64,000 nt of DNA from an uncultured Actinomycetes bacterium (GCA_963779685.1 CAVZZG010000001.1:411458-475457); one strand, 5' to 3'; shown: positions 37,881 to 48,021, numbered from the stretch's first letter. Numbers and translations are program-made. The notes: a model not told the origin generated them from the letters alone.

Positions 37881-38648
37881 ACTCGCGCCTGAATGCGAGC
37901 GTGGGGATCGTGGGGCCGGCCGGGTCGTATTCGAGTCCGATCGCCCCGGTGTAGCCGACGACGTCGAGTGCCGCCACGAGACCGTGGAGATCGGTCGTGC
38001 CGGTTCCCGGCGCTCCCCGGCCGGGGCAGTCCGCGAACTGGACGTGGCCGATCAGCGGCCCGGCTGCGGTGGCCTCTGCGACCGGATCGAGGCCACTCAT
38101 CGCGACGTGGTAGGCGTCGTAGAGCAGGCGCAGCTCCGGCTCGCCGACGCGGGCGAGCACTGCCGCCACGTCGCGTGGCGTGGGCGTGAGGTAGCCGGGC
38201 ACGTCGCGATCGTTGATCGGCTCGACCACGATGGCGATCCCATGCTTCCGGGCCCGCGGTGCAATCTCGGTCAGGCGCTCCACGACGGTCTCCAGCTGCG
38301 ACTGCCGGCCGCGCCCGGCCGGTCACGGCCGACCAGCACGTTGATGCACGACGCGCCGATGCGCGCGCCGAGCTCGAGTGCCTGATCGACCGCCTCGAGC
38401 GCCTCGCTGCGGCGTCCGGGATCGTTCAGGAAGCCGCGTTCGCCGGTCGCGATGTCGCCCCCGTACGCGTTCAGGAGGGCCACGTCGAGACCCTCCTCCA
38501 TGACGCGGTCGCCCCACGCGACGGCCAGGTCGTCCGGCCACCACGACTCGATGTGGGTGAACCCCGCCGCGCGGGCCGCCGCGGGCCGCGCGAGCACGTC
38601 GTACTCGCCGAACAGCATCGACAGGTGCGCCGACCAGACCGGCATCAC
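37861..38648 (-). pseudogene. hydroxypyruvate isomerase-like TIM-barrel (xylose isomerase-like) protein, frame-broken as assembled
   Basis: The N-terminal half is track ORF 38271..38648 (..CINVLVGRDRPGA then nonsense). The C-terminal half is track ORF 37861..38283, preceded in its own frame by GRQSQLETVV ERLTEIAPRARKHGIAIVVEPIN... That frame is closed by TGA 38323-38325, so a frame change must lie between about 38300 and 38322. Confidence 0.75.
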
Positions 38649-41116
38649 GCGCGCACGGCGAGGCCGAACGCCCTGCCGTCGGCCAGGTCGGGATGGGCGG
38701 GCAGGACGCGGATCTCGACCTCGAGCCGTCCGGGCGGCGTGGCGAACGTCGCCCGGAACGGGATGTCGCCCGGCGCCGCGTCGCCCGGGACGAGGTCATG
38801 GATGCTCGCCTCACCCCGACGATGGACGACGGCCTGGACGCTGACCTCGTCCGGGCGCAGGTCTCCGAGCGCCACGGTCGCCTCGACCCGCAGCCGGTCG
38901 CCGTCCGGCTCGGCGCTCGAGGCGACGATCGCCACCCCGGGCCAGGCTGCGGTCGCCCGGACGCGGAATGCTCCGAGCCGGCGGGCGGCCGCGTGGCCAT
39001 CGGCGGCGAGGCGCCGGCTCTCGGTGGCGGCGGGCCGGTAGCGCTGCTCGACGTAGTCGCGCACCATGCGGCTCGCCAGCAGGTCGGGCGCCAGCGTGGC
39101 AAGCGTGTGGCGCACCATCCCGAGCCAGCCCGCCCGGTCGTCGTAGAACCGCGGGGCGACCACCTGCTCCAGCAGATCGTAGAGCGCCGTCGCCTCGAAG
39201 TCGTCGCGGCGCTGCGGCTCGACCGAGCCGTCATCGGCCGAGGGTATCGCCCAGCCATTGGCGCCGTCGTAGCACTCGTCCCACCAGCCGTCGAGGATCG
39301 AGAGGTTCAGGGCGCCGTTGAGCGCGGCCTTCATGCCGCTCGTACCGCAGGCCTCGAATGGCCGCAGCGGGTTGTTCAGCCAGACGTCGACCCCGGCCAC
39401 GAAGCCGCGCGCCACGGCCATGTCGTAGTCGGAGATGAGCGCGATGCGGTGCCGGACCTCGGTGCGAACCGCGAACGCGCCGAGCTCGGCGATCAGCGCC
39501 TTGCCCTCGGCGTCGGCCGGGTGGGCCTTGCCGGCGACCACGAGCTGGATCGGCCGCTCCGGGTGCAGCAGCAGCCGCTCCAGCCGCGCCGGGTCGCGCA
39601 GCATCAGCGTCAGCCGCTTGTACGTCGGAACGCGCCGGGCGAAGCCGATGGTCAGCACGTGGGGATCGAGCGCGTCGTCGATGAATGCGAGCTGGTCGCC
39701 GCGGAGCCCGCGTGCCGTCCAGGCCCGGCGCTTGCGCCGGCGCACCGCCTCCACGAGCCGCGCTCGCGACGCGTCGAGCGCGTCGTTCAGATCCTCGTCC
39801 GAGACATCGCGGAGCGAGGCGAAACCGTGGCCCTGCTGACCGTAACCGTCGCCGAGCCGCTCGCGGTATATGGCCTCCATGTCCGGCCCCACCCAGGTGT
39901 CGGCGTGCACGCCGTTGGTGATGTGGTCGATCGGCACCTCGTCCCGGGCGAGGCCCGGCCAGAGCTCCGCGAACATCCCGCGCGACACGTCGCCGTGCAG
40001 GCGGGAGACCCCGTTCACCCGCGACGCCAGCCGGATGCCCATGACCGCCATGTTGAAGACGGACGGATCGCCGTCCGGCTCGGCGCCGAGCGCGAGCAGC
40101 CGCTCCACGCCGAGCGCGCCGGCCAGGCCCGCGGCACGCGCATACGACGCCACCAGCTCGCGCGGAAACCGGTCGATGCCGGCCGGCACCGGCGTGTGCG
40201 TGGTGAAGACGGTGCCCGCGCGGACGACCTCGATCGCGGCATCGGCATCCAGCCCCTGCTCCTCGGTCAGCGCCCGGATGCGCTCGAGGCCCATGAATCC
40301 CGCGTGGCCCTCGTTGGTGTGGAACACCTCGGGGGCGAACCCGCAGACCGCGAGCGCGCGGACGCCGCCGATGCCGAGCAGGAGCTCCTGTCGCAGCCGG
40401 TGTTCGCGGTCGCCCCCGTACAGCTGGTCGGTGACGCTGCGGTCGGCCGGGGTGTTCTCGGGGACGTCGGCGTCCAGGAGCAGGAGCGGCACGCGGCCGA
40501 CGTCGACGCGCCAGATACGGGCCTGCAGCGTCGCGTCGGGGAGCGCGATCTCGATCCGTGCCGGCTCCCCGCCCGGTGTCGTGGCCGGCTCGACCGGCAG
40601 CGCCGACGGGTCGAGGTCGGCGAACACCTCGCGCTGCTCACCCGAGGCGGTCAGCACCTGGCGGAAGTAGCCCTGCCGGTAGAACAGGCCTACCGCGACG
40701 ACCGGCACACCGAGATCGCTCGCCGCCTTCAGGTGGTCGCCGGCCAGCACGCCGAGTCCGCCCGAATACTGCGGGAGCGCGTTGCCAAGGCCGTACTCGG
40801 GGGAGAAGTACGCGACCGCACGGGGCGTGTCGGCGCCCAGGGTCTCGTACCAGGCGCCGCCCTGGACGCGGGCGGCCACCCGTTGGACTGCCGCATCCAC
40901 CCGGGCGACGAAACCCGCATCGCCGGCCAGGGCGGCGAGCCGGTCGGGCGGCGTCGCCGCGAGCTGCACCAGCGGACCGCCCGGCTCGTCCTGCGAGAGC
41001 TCGGCGAAGATCGATGCGATCTGGCCATCCCAGGAAGCCGACACGTCGCGGGCCAGCGCCGCGAGCGGCGCGAGCGGAGGCGGCAGGTGGGGGAGGATGG
41101 TGAGGCGGCTCGGCAT
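38645..41116 (-). CDS. glgP: alpha-glucan (glycogen/maltodextrin) phosphorylase, actinobacterial type
   Basis: ATG 41116 inside track ORF 38645..41983. YFSPEYG, GGLGVLAGDHLK, HTNEGHAGF, ITNGVH, ACGTSGMKAALNG (PLP Lys). Confidence 0.9.
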   Translation of the reverse strand: MPSRLTILPHLPPPLAPLAALARDVSASWDGQIASIFAELSQDEPGGPLVQLAATPPDRLAALAGDAGFVARVDAAVQRVAARVQGGAWYETLGADTPRAVAYFSPEYGLGNALPQYSGGLGVLAGDHLKAASDLGVPVVAVGLFYRQGYFRQVLTASGEQREVFADLDPSALPVEPATTPGGEPARIEIALPDATLQARIWRVDVGRVPLLLLDADVPENTPADRSVTDQLYGGDREHRLRQELLLGIGGVRALAVCGFAPEVFHTNEGHAGFMGLERIRALTEEQGLDADAAIEVVRAGTVFTTHTPVPAGIDRFPRELVASYARAAGLAGALGVERLLALGAEPDGDPSVFNMAVMGIRLASRVNGVSRLHGDVSRGMFAELWPGLARDEVPIDHITNGVHADTWVGPDMEAIYRERLGDGYGQQGHGFASLRDVSDEDLNDALDASRARLVEAVRRRKRRAWTARGLRGDQLAFIDDALDPHVLTIGFARRVPTYKRLTLMLRDPARLERLLLHPERPIQLVVAGKAHPADAEGKALIAELGAFAVRTEVRHRIALISDYDMAVARGFVAGVDVWLNNPLRPFEACGTSGMKAALNGALNLSILDGWWDECYDGANGWAIPSADDGSVEPQRRDDFEATALYDLLEQVVAPRFYDDRAGWLGMVRHTLATLAPDLLASRMVRDYVEQRYRPAATESRRLAADGHAAARRLGAFRVRATAAWPGVAIVASSAEPDGDRLRVEATVALGDLRPDEVSVQAVVHRRGEASIHDLVPGDAAPGDIPFRATFATPPGRLEVEIRVLPAHPDLADGRAFGLAVRA

Positions 41117-41128
41117 AGTTCGCTGCGG

Positions 41129-43247
41129 ATGAGAGCAGACCGCACGGTACGCGATGATCTCCTGCGACTTACCAGCGGGGCCCATCACGACCCGCATCGC
41201 CTGCTCGGGCCGCACGCGGCCGGCGATCGCCTGACCATCCGCGCATGGCAGCCGGGGGCGACCGCCGTCTCGGTCGTGACGGAGCAGCGGACGCTGCCCA
41301 TGGAGCGCATCGGCGCCGATCTCTGGGCCGTCGTGCTCCGCCGCCGGCGGGTGCCGTCGTACCGGTTCGCCGTCGAGCGGAGCGACGGGATCGAGCTTCT
41401 GGACGACCCGTATCGCTTTCCGCCGTCGGTCGGCGAGCTCGATCTGCACCTGATCGGCGAGGGTCGTCATCTCCGCCTGTGGGAGGCGCTCGGCGCCCGG
41501 CCGGCCGAGGTCGCCGGCGTCGCCGGGGTCGCGTTCGCCGTCTGGGCGCCCTCCGCCACCGGTGCCGCGGTCTTCGGCGACTTCAACGGCTGGGATACCA
41601 CCCGCCACCCGATGCGGTCGCTCGGCTCGTCCGGCGTGTGGGAGCTGTTCGTGCCCGGCGTGGCTCGCGGTCAGCTGTACAAGTTCGCCATCAGGGCCGC
41701 CGACGGCACCGTCAGCCTGCGTGCCGATCCGCTTGCGCGGCGGGCCGAGATGCCACCGGCTACGGCGTCGCGGGTCGAGCGGTCGGACTACCTGTGGGGC
41801 GATGCCGTCTGGCTCGACGGCCGCGGCGAACGCCAGTCGGTACAGGCGCCGATCTCCGTCTACGAGGTGCACCTGGGGTCGTGGCGCCACGGCCTCGACT
41901 ACCGCCGGCTGGCCGAGGAGCTCCCCACCTACGTTGCGAGCCTGGGCTTCACCCACGTCGAGCTGATGCCGGTCATGCAGCACCCGTTCGCCGGTTCGTG
42001 GGGCTATCAGGTGAGCGGGTACTACGCGCCCGACAGCCGGCTCGGCTCACCCGACGACCTCCGCCACCTCATCGACCACCTCCACCGGGCCGGCATCGGC
42101 GTGCTGCTCGACTGGGTGCCCGGGCACTTCCCGCGCGACGAGTTCGCCCTCGCCCGCTTCGACGGTTCCGCGCTCTACGAGCACGAGGATCCCCGGCGCG
42201 GGGCGCATCCCGACTGGGGCACGCTCGTCTTCAACTACGCGCGCAACGAGGTGCGCAACTTCCTGGTGGCGAACGCGCTGTACTGGATCGAGGAGTTCCA
42301 CGCCGACGGGCTTCGCGTCGACGCGGTCGCCTCGATGCTCTACCTCGACTACTCCCGCGCACCCGGCGAGTGGCTGCCGAACGCCTACGGCGGGAACGAG
42401 AACCTCGAGGCGGTCGCGTTCCTGCGGGAGCTGAACGCCGAGGTCTACGGACGTCATCCCGGCGTGATGATGGTGGCCGAGGAGTCCACCGCGTGGCCGG
42501 GCGTGTCGCGCGCGGTGCACGAGGGCGGGCTCGGCTTCGGGTTCAAGTGGAACATGGGCTTCATGCACGACACGCTGTCGTACTTCGGCCGCGACCCGGT
42601 GCACCGCCGGCACCACCACGACGAGCTCACGATGCCGATGATGTACGCCTACAGCGAGAACTTCCTGCTGCCGGTCTCGCACGACGAGGTCGTCCACGGC
42701 AAGGGCTCGCTGTACGCGCGCATGCCCGGCGACGACTGGCAGCGGCGTGCGAACCTCCGTGCGTACCTCGCCTGGATGTGGGCCCACCCGGGCAAGAAGC
42801 TCCTCTTCATGGGGTGCGAGTTCGCGCAGCGGACCGAGTGGGATCACGACGCGGAACTGCCGTGGGCCGAGGCCGATGACGGCGTGCGGCGGCTGGTGGC
42901 CGACCTCAACGGCCTGCTGCGGCGGCACCCGGCGCTGCACGCCGCGGATGCCGAACCGGGCGGTTTCCGGTGGATCGACGTCGGCGGGGCCGACGAGAAC
43001 GTGGCGACCTTCCTGCGTTTCGCCGGCGACGACGTGGTCGCCTGTGCGGCGAACCTGTCGCCCGTGCCGCGCGAGCACGTGCTGCGTCTGCCGTCGGCCC
43101 GGCCCTGGCGCGAGCTGCTCAACACCGACGCCAGGCGTCTACGGCGGCAGCGGTCTGGGGAACGCGGGCGAGGTCGAGGGCGGCTCCGAGGCGCGTCTGT
43201 TGCTGCCGCCGCTGGCGGTCGTCTACCTCGCGCCGAGCCCGGCGTAG
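41129..43247 (+). pseudogene. glgB: 1,4-alpha-glucan branching enzyme, C-terminal frame break as assembled
   Basis: ATG 41129 inside the 1990-codon track ORF. DDLLRLTSGAHHDPHRLLGPH.., GVLLDWVPGHF, ADGLRVDAVASMLY, MVAEEST, SHDEVVHGK. After ..WRELLNTDA (43132) the expected C-terminus GVYGGSGLGNAGEVEG..LLLPPLAVVYLAPSPA* continues in frame 3 to TAG 43245-43247. The original frame instead runs on antisense through glgA. Confidence 0.85.
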
Positions 43248-44551
43248 AGCGCCTCGTACGCCGCCGCGGGGCGATCCCACGAGTTGTCTGCGGCCAGGGC
43301 GGCACGGATCATCGCCTCCCGCCGGGCCGGATCGCGGAAGGCAGCGGCCGCCGCTGCGAGCGCGTCGGCGAGAGCGGCGACCGACGCATCTTCGAACAGG
43401 AATCCGGTCGCCTCGCCGACGGTGTCGGCCAGCCCGCCGGTGCGGCGCACGACCGGCAGGGCCCCGTAGCGCATCGCGATCATCTGCCCCAGACCGCAGG
43501 GCTCGAACCGCGAGGGCATGGCGAACAGGTCGCAGCCGGCGTAGATGCGCTGGGCGAGCGCGGCGTCGAACCCGATCCGCACCGCGATCGCACCGGGCTC
43601 GGCCTCGGCGGCGGCGAGGTACGCCCGTTCGAGTCCGGGGTCGCCCGCGCCCAGCACGACGAGGCCCGCCCCGGCGGCGCGCAGCGCGGGCAGGGCGGCG
43701 ACCAGCAGGTCGAGACCCTTCTGCTCCGTCAGGCGCGACACCACGCCGACCAGAGGCGCGTCGCCGGGGAGCCGCAGGCCGAACTCGTCGCGGAGAGCGC
43801 GGCGACACGCCTCGCGACCGACCGGGTCGTCGGCCGAGAAGCCCGCGGCGATGGCGGGATCGCGTGCCGGGTCGAAGAGGCCCGTGTCGATGCCGTTGGC
43901 GATCCCGGTCACGCCACGCCCCCGCAGCAGGGCATCGAGGCCGCAGCCGTGTTCCGGCGTGAGGATCTCGTGGGCGTAGGTGGGGCTCACCGTGGTGACG
44001 ATCTCGGCGGCGGCGATCCCGCGGCCCAGGAGGCCCACCGCGTCGGCCCGGGTGTCGCCGGGTGCCGGCGGGAGCGCGAGACCGTGGCGCCGGGCGAAGT
44101 CGGGCGACTGGTCGCCGTGGAAGGCGAGATTGTGGATGGTCAGCAGCGACCCCTGTGGCCGCCGCACGCAGGCCAGGGCCGCATGCCAGTCGTGCGCGTG
44201 CAGCACATCGCCGCCGAAGCCCAGCGCGGCCTCGACCAGCGCGGCGAAGCGCTCGCCGTCGTCGGGTTCGCCGTAGACACCCTGCCGGTCGAAGAGCGCC
44301 GGGCAGTCGACCAGGATCGTCTCGACGCCCGCGGCGGTCGCGAGGTGCAGCAGCCTGGCGCGCTCGCCCGCCAGCTCGAGCTCGGCCACGGTGGTGGCAC
44401 CGCTCGCCACGGTGCCGCGGTGCATCGGGGTGACCAGCGTCACGTCGTGACCGCGGGCGGCGAGCGCGGCCGGAAGTGCCGCCGCAACGTCGGCGAGGCC
44501 GCCGACCTTCGAGAACGGCACCGCCTCGGCTGCGACGTGGACGATCCTCAA
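43223..44551 (-). CDS. glgA: glycogen synthase
   Basis: Track ORF (TTG start, TTGA overlap with the glgC stop). SKVGGLADV (KxGGL), HAHDWH, PSRFEPCGLGQM. Confidence 0.9.
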   Translation of the reverse strand: MRIVHVAAEAVPFSKVGGLADVAAALPAALAARGHDVTLVTPMHRGTVASGATTVAELELAGERARLLHLATAAGVETILVDCPALFDRQGVYGEPDDGERFAALVEAALGFGGDVLHAHDWHAALACVRRPQGSLLTIHNLAFHGDQSPDFARRHGLALPPAPGDTRADAVGLLGRGIAAAEIVTTVSPTYAHEILTPEHGCGLDALLRGRGVTGIANGIDTGLFDPARDPAIAAGFSADDPVGREACRRALRDEFGLRLPGDAPLVGVVSRLTEQKGLDLLVAALPALRAAGAGLVVLGAGDPGLERAYLAAAEAEPGAIAVRIGFDAALAQRIYAGCDLFAMPSRFEPCGLGQMIAMRYGALPVVRRTGGLADTVGEATGFLFEDASVAALADALAAAAAAFRDPARREAMIRAALAADNSWDRPAAAYEALYAGLGAR

Positions 44552-45846
44552 TGTTCGGGGATTCGGTGCGGCACGGTCGTCCCGCTCGGCAGGTCGGCGA
44601 GCAGGAAGTCCTCCGGGTCGACGCCGGGATCGATCCGGCAGTTACGGCCGATGCGGACGCCGTAGGGCACCAGGGCCCGTTTCCCGATCAGCGTGATGCC
44701 CGTGTTCAGCCTGCCGGGCTCCGTCTCGTTCGGGGTCGAGTCGTCGCCGTAGCCCACCTGGGCCTCGGCGCTGACCACGGCCTCCTTGTCGATCACGGCC
44801 CGGTCGACGATCGCGTTGGCGCCGATCGCCGAGTCGAACAGGACGATCGAGTCGCGGACGACCGCGCCCTCCTCGATCAGCACGCCGGGCGACAGCACCG
44901 ATCGCTCGACGTGGCCGAACACCCGGCAGCCGTGCGAGATCATCGACTGGCTGACATGCGCGCGCGACCCGATGACGCCGGGCGGCCGCCCTTCGGTCTT
45001 GGTGTGGATCGGCCAGCCACGGTCGGAGAGGTCGAGCAACGGCGGCTCGTCGAGCAGCTCCATGTGCGCCTCCCAGTAGGACTGGATGGTGCCGACATCG
45101 CGCCAGTAGCCGCCGAACCGGTGGCCGAACACGCGGTCGCCGTCGGCGATCATCCGCGGTACCACGTCACCGCCGAAGTCGCGCTTCGATCCGGCCATCT
45201 CGACGTCCTCGATCAGCCGTTCGATGAGCTTCTCGGTGCGGAAGACGTAGAAGCCCAGCGACGCCAGGTTCGACTCCGGGTTGCGCGGCTTCTCCTGCCA
45301 GTCCAGGATCTGGCCGCGGCGATCGGCCGTGGCGATGCCGAAACGGTGCGCGTCCGCCACGGGCACCTCCTGCAATCCGATCGTCACGTCGGCCTTGGAG
45401 CGCAGGTGCTGGGCGATCATCGGGTTGTAGTCCATCGCGTAGATGTGATCGCCCCCGAGGACGACGGTGTGCGCCGGGCGCAGCTCGCGCAGCTCCTGGA
45501 TGTTCTGGTAGACGGCGTCGGCGGTGCCGCGGTACCAGTCGGCGCCGCGCCGGCCCAGGTAGGGCGAGATCATGCGGACGCCGATCGCGTTCTGCCGGTC
45601 GAGGTCCCACGGTTTGCCGGTGCCGATGTGGTCGTGCAGCGAGACCGGGCGGTACTGCGTCAGGACGATCACGTCGTACAGGCCCGAGTTGACGCAGTTC
45701 GAGAGGGCGAAGTCGATGATCCGGTACTTGCCGGCGAAGGGCACGGCCGGCTTCGCCCGGTGGGCCGAGAGGATGCTGAGGCGCTCGCCCTGCCCGCCGG
45801 CCAGGATGATCGCGATCACATCGCGCTTCGGTCGCCAGGGCGCCAT
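44548..45846 (-). CDS. glgC: glucose-1-phosphate adenylyltransferase
   Basis: ATG 45846 inside track ORF 44548..47196. [30 protein letters not shown], and left-handed beta-helix repeats at the C-terminus. Confidence 0.9.
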   Translation of the reverse strand: MAPWRPKRDVIAIILAGGQGERLSILSAHRAKPAVPFAGKYRIIDFALSNCVNSGLYDVIVLTQYRPVSLHDHIGTGKPWDLDRQNAIGVRMISPYLGRRGADWYRGTADAVYQNIQELRELRPAHTVVLGGDHIYAMDYNPMIAQHLRSKADVTIGLQEVPVADAHRFGIATADRRGQILDWQEKPRNPESNLASLGFYVFRTEKLIERLIEDVEMAGSKRDFGGDVVPRMIADGDRVFGHRFGGYWRDVGTIQSYWEAHMELLDEPPLLDLSDRGWPIHTKTEGRPPGVIGSRAHVSQSMISHGCRVFGHVERSVLSPGVLIEEGAVVRDSIVLFDSAIGANAIVDRAVIDKEAVVSAEAQVGYGDDSTPNETEPGRLNTGITLIGKRALVPYGVRIGRNCRIDPGVDPEDFLLADLPSGTTVPHRIPEH

Positions 45847-47159
45847 CAGCCGCACAGCCTTCGGGCTGCCAGCGCGATGCCCTGGGCGCAGTGCACGAGG
45901 TCGTCGATCGCGACGTGCTCGCCGACCGTGTGCGCCCAGTCGATGTGGCGAGGGCCGTACATCAGGGCGGGCGTTCCGGTCTCGAGCGCGAACGTGGCGC
46001 CGTCGTACCACGACCCGAGGCCGCCCAGCGTGAGCGGGAGCCCGAGCGCCGCGTTGGCCTCGAGCAGCGCCTCGACCACGGGCGAGCCGGTCGGCGTCTC
46101 CCAGGGGTTCACCTCGGTGTCCCAGACGAACGTCGGCGGGTGCTCGGCGAGCCAGGGGTCGGCATCGCACCACCGGCGCAGGTAGGTCTCCACCTCCCGG
46201 CGGACGTCGCCCGTCCAGCCGGAGGCGTCGGCCTGGCAGGGCAGGATCAGCACCGCCAGGTTCAGCTCGGCGCGGTTGGGGATGGTCACCATCCAGCCCG
46301 CGTCGGCGTGGAACGACGTGCAGACGATGTCCGGCGGTGCCAGCAGCGGATGGTGCGACCACGTGCGGGTCCGCCACTCGGTGCGCAGCCGCTCGGCACC
46401 CGCGAGCAGATGACGCGCCTTGTCGATCGCGTTCACGGCGCCGCCGTCGGCGAAGTGGGCGTGCTCCTGCTCGGCGTGCCCGGACCGACCAGGCACCGTG
46501 ACGGTCGCGTACACCGATCCGCGGCATGCCGGCCAGACCTCCAGCCCGCTCGGCTCCGGCACGATGGCGAAGTCGGCCGCGACCCCGTGGCGGGCGCACG
46601 CCAGCGCCCCGACCCCGCTCGACTCCTCGTCGGTGTTGGTGCACACCACGATATCGCCGCGCAACCCGCCGCTCGCGGCCAGCACCTCGGCGGCCACGAC
46701 CATCGCCGCGATGCCGCCCTTCATGTCGCACGAGCCGCGCCCGTAGATCTCGCCATCCCTGACCTGCGGGTCGAACGGGTCGTGCTCCCAGCCGTCCTCG
46801 ACGCGCGCGGTGACCACGTCGATGTGGCCGTTCAGCAGCAGCGACCGGCCGCCGCCGGAGCCGCGGAACCGGGCCTGAAGCTGCGGCCTGCCGTCGAACC
46901 CGATGCCACCGGGGGGGTTGAGCGGGTGGTCGGCGACGTCGGCCGGCGAGGGCTCCCAGACCTCCACCTCGGCCCCGGCGGCGCGCAGCCGGGCGCCGAG
47001 GAACTGCTGGAGGGCCGCCTCGGCCCGGGCCGGCGAGTCCGGTGCCGGCCGGCTCTGGGTGTCGAACCGGATCAGGTCGCACGCGAGCGCGGCGATGTCT
47101 TCGCGGCGGGCGGCGATGCGATCGGCGAGCGCTCGGTCTTCGGGTGCGAGGTTCGTCAA
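45846..47159 (-). CDS. M20 family metallopeptidase / ArgE-DapE-type deacylase
   Basis: Track ORF (TTG start, TTGA overlap with the upstream gene). [25 protein letters not shown]. Confidence 0.8.
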   Translation of the reverse strand: MTNLAPEDRALADRIAARREDIAALACDLIRFDTQSRPAPDSPARAEAALQQFLGARLRAAGAEVEVWEPSPADVADHPLNPPGGIGFDGRPQLQARFRGSGGGRSLLLNGHIDVVTARVEDGWEHDPFDPQVRDGEIYGRGSCDMKGGIAAMVVAAEVLAASGGLRGDIVVCTNTDEESSGVGALACARHGVAADFAIVPEPSGLEVWPACRGSVYATVTVPGRSGHAEQEHAHFADGGAVNAIDKARHLLAGAERLRTEWRTRTWSHHPLLAPPDIVCTSFHADAGWMVTIPNRAELNLAVLILPCQADASGWTGDVRREVETYLRRWCDADPWLAEHPPTFVWDTEVNPWETPTGSPVVEALLEANAALGLPLTLGGLGSWYDGATFALETGTPALMYGPRHIDWAHTVGEHVAIDDLVHCAQGIALAARRLCG

Positions 47160-47659
47160 GGAGTGAATTGGAACGTGAACATGCGGTGGGCGTCAATGCG
47201 GGCGTAGGGATTGGTCTCGGCCCACTCGATCCAGTCGGCGCCGTAGCGCGGCGCGTACACCTCGGTCAGGCAGGCCCGGAAGCCGGCCACCGCAGTGTCG
47301 CGCAGATCGACCTCCCGGGCGGTGCCGTGCACGGTGACGGCGAACTCCTCGCCCTCGAGGTGGGTCGCGCTGACCGCCGGCCGCGAGCGGATGTGGCGGA
47401 AGCGCAGCGAGTCCGGGCCGGAGCCGAACCAGAACGCGCCCCGGTAGAACACGCCGTCCACCGGCCCGACGATCGGCCTGCCGTCGGCCGTCGAGGTCGC
47501 CAGCGCCAGCAGCCGCATCCCCTGCAGCCGCCCGGCCAGCGCCGCGGCGCCGACGCGGCGCTCGGGCGTCACGATCCCCCGCAGGTGCGCCCCGGCCACG
47601 TCGTAGCTGGCATCGAGGAGCGCCTGCAGGCGCTCGAGATCATCGGCCGTCTCACGCAC
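47156..47659 (-). CDS. pyridoxamine 5'-phosphate oxidase family protein
   Basis: GTG 47659 inside track ORF 47156..47755; upstream of it the ORF runs into the repeat island. ..LLALATSTADGRPIVGPVDGVFYRGAFWFGS.. Confidence 0.7.
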   Translation of the reverse strand: MRETADDLERLQALLDASYDVAGAHLRGIVTPERRVGAAALAGRLQGMRLLALATSTADGRPIVGPVDGVFYRGAFWFGSGPDSLRFRHIRSRPAVSATHLEGEEFAVTVHGTAREVDLRDTAVAGFRACLTEVYAPRYGADWIEWAETNPYARIDAHRMFTFQFTP

Positions 47660-47676
47660 GCCGCGGCAGCATACGG

Positions 47677-47704
47677 TTTTCGCGGCACGGCACGCCACGT
47701 CGCA
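47677..47704 (+). repeat. hairpin-repeat family, copy 1 (core only, local stem degenerate)
   Basis: Core TTTTCGCGGCACGGCACGCCACGTCGCA. 25/28 identical to copy 2. Followed by a separate 7-bp hairpin, CGCACGC(47701-07)/GCGTGCG(47714-20). Confidence 0.7.
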
Positions 47705-47737
47705 CGCCGGTCCGCGTGCGCCTTCCGTGACACCCCT

Positions 47738-47779
47738 CTGCGGAGTTCGCCGCACGGCACGCCACGTCGCACTCCGCAG
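47738..47779 (+). repeat. hairpin-repeat family, copy 2
   Basis: CTGCGGAG-TTCGCCGCACGGCACGCCACGTCGCA-CTCCGCAG: a perfect 8-bp stem around the conserved core. Confidence 0.8.
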
Positions 47780-47885
47780 TCGGAGGGCGTTCGGTCACGT
47801 CTGGCGCGGCGGCCGTGATCTCCGCTCCAGGTGCGCGCGAGGGGTCTGACCTGGAATCGATCACGTCGAACGCACGCGGGCTCAC

Positions 47886-47920
47886 CTGCGGCGTTGCGTG
47901 CCGTGCCGCGAAATCCGCAG
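47886..47920 (-). repeat. hairpin-repeat family, copy 3 (inverted orientation)
   Basis: The reverse complement reads CTGCGG-ATTTCGCGGCACGGCACGCAACG-CCGCAG: a 6-bp stem. The core is 24/28 identical to copy 2. Confidence 0.8.
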
Positions 47921-47980
47921 CCGACCCCGCGCAGGGCCGACGGGTTCCGCACCGCGTGGTGCCGAAGCCGCGCCGCGGGT

Positions 47981-48021
47981 CGCTTGCGGCGTTGCGTGCC
48001 GTGCCGTGAAATCCGCAAGCG
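47981..48021 (-). repeat. hairpin-repeat family, copy 4 (inverted orientation)
   Basis: The reverse complement reads CGCTTGCGG-ATTTCACGGCACGGCACGCAACG-CCGCAAGCG: a 9-bp stem. The core is 27/28 identical to copy 3. It begins 4 nt after the DUF1918 stop codon. Confidence 0.8.

Noticed and set aside
22829-43247. Programmed ribosomal frameshifting or transcriptional slippage as an explanation for the frame breaks
   Set aside because: None of the break sites has a slippery heptamer, a homopolymer run or a shared downstream structure that I could see. Five events in one 411-nt gene is implausible for recoding.
38693-44665. 1990-codon plus-strand ORF, by far the longest in the track
   Set aside because: Only 41129-43132 matches a real protein (GlgB). 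The 5' part is antisense to glgP and the 3' part is antisense to glgA, both Arg/Gly/Pro/Ala-rich. It exists because G/C-saturated DNA lacks stops and because of the glgB frame break.
44548-47196. 882-codon ORF suggesting a large fusion protein
   Set aside because: Only the last 432 codons (from ATG 45846) are GlgC. The upstream part is out of frame with the well supported M20 gene on the same strand and is low-complexity.
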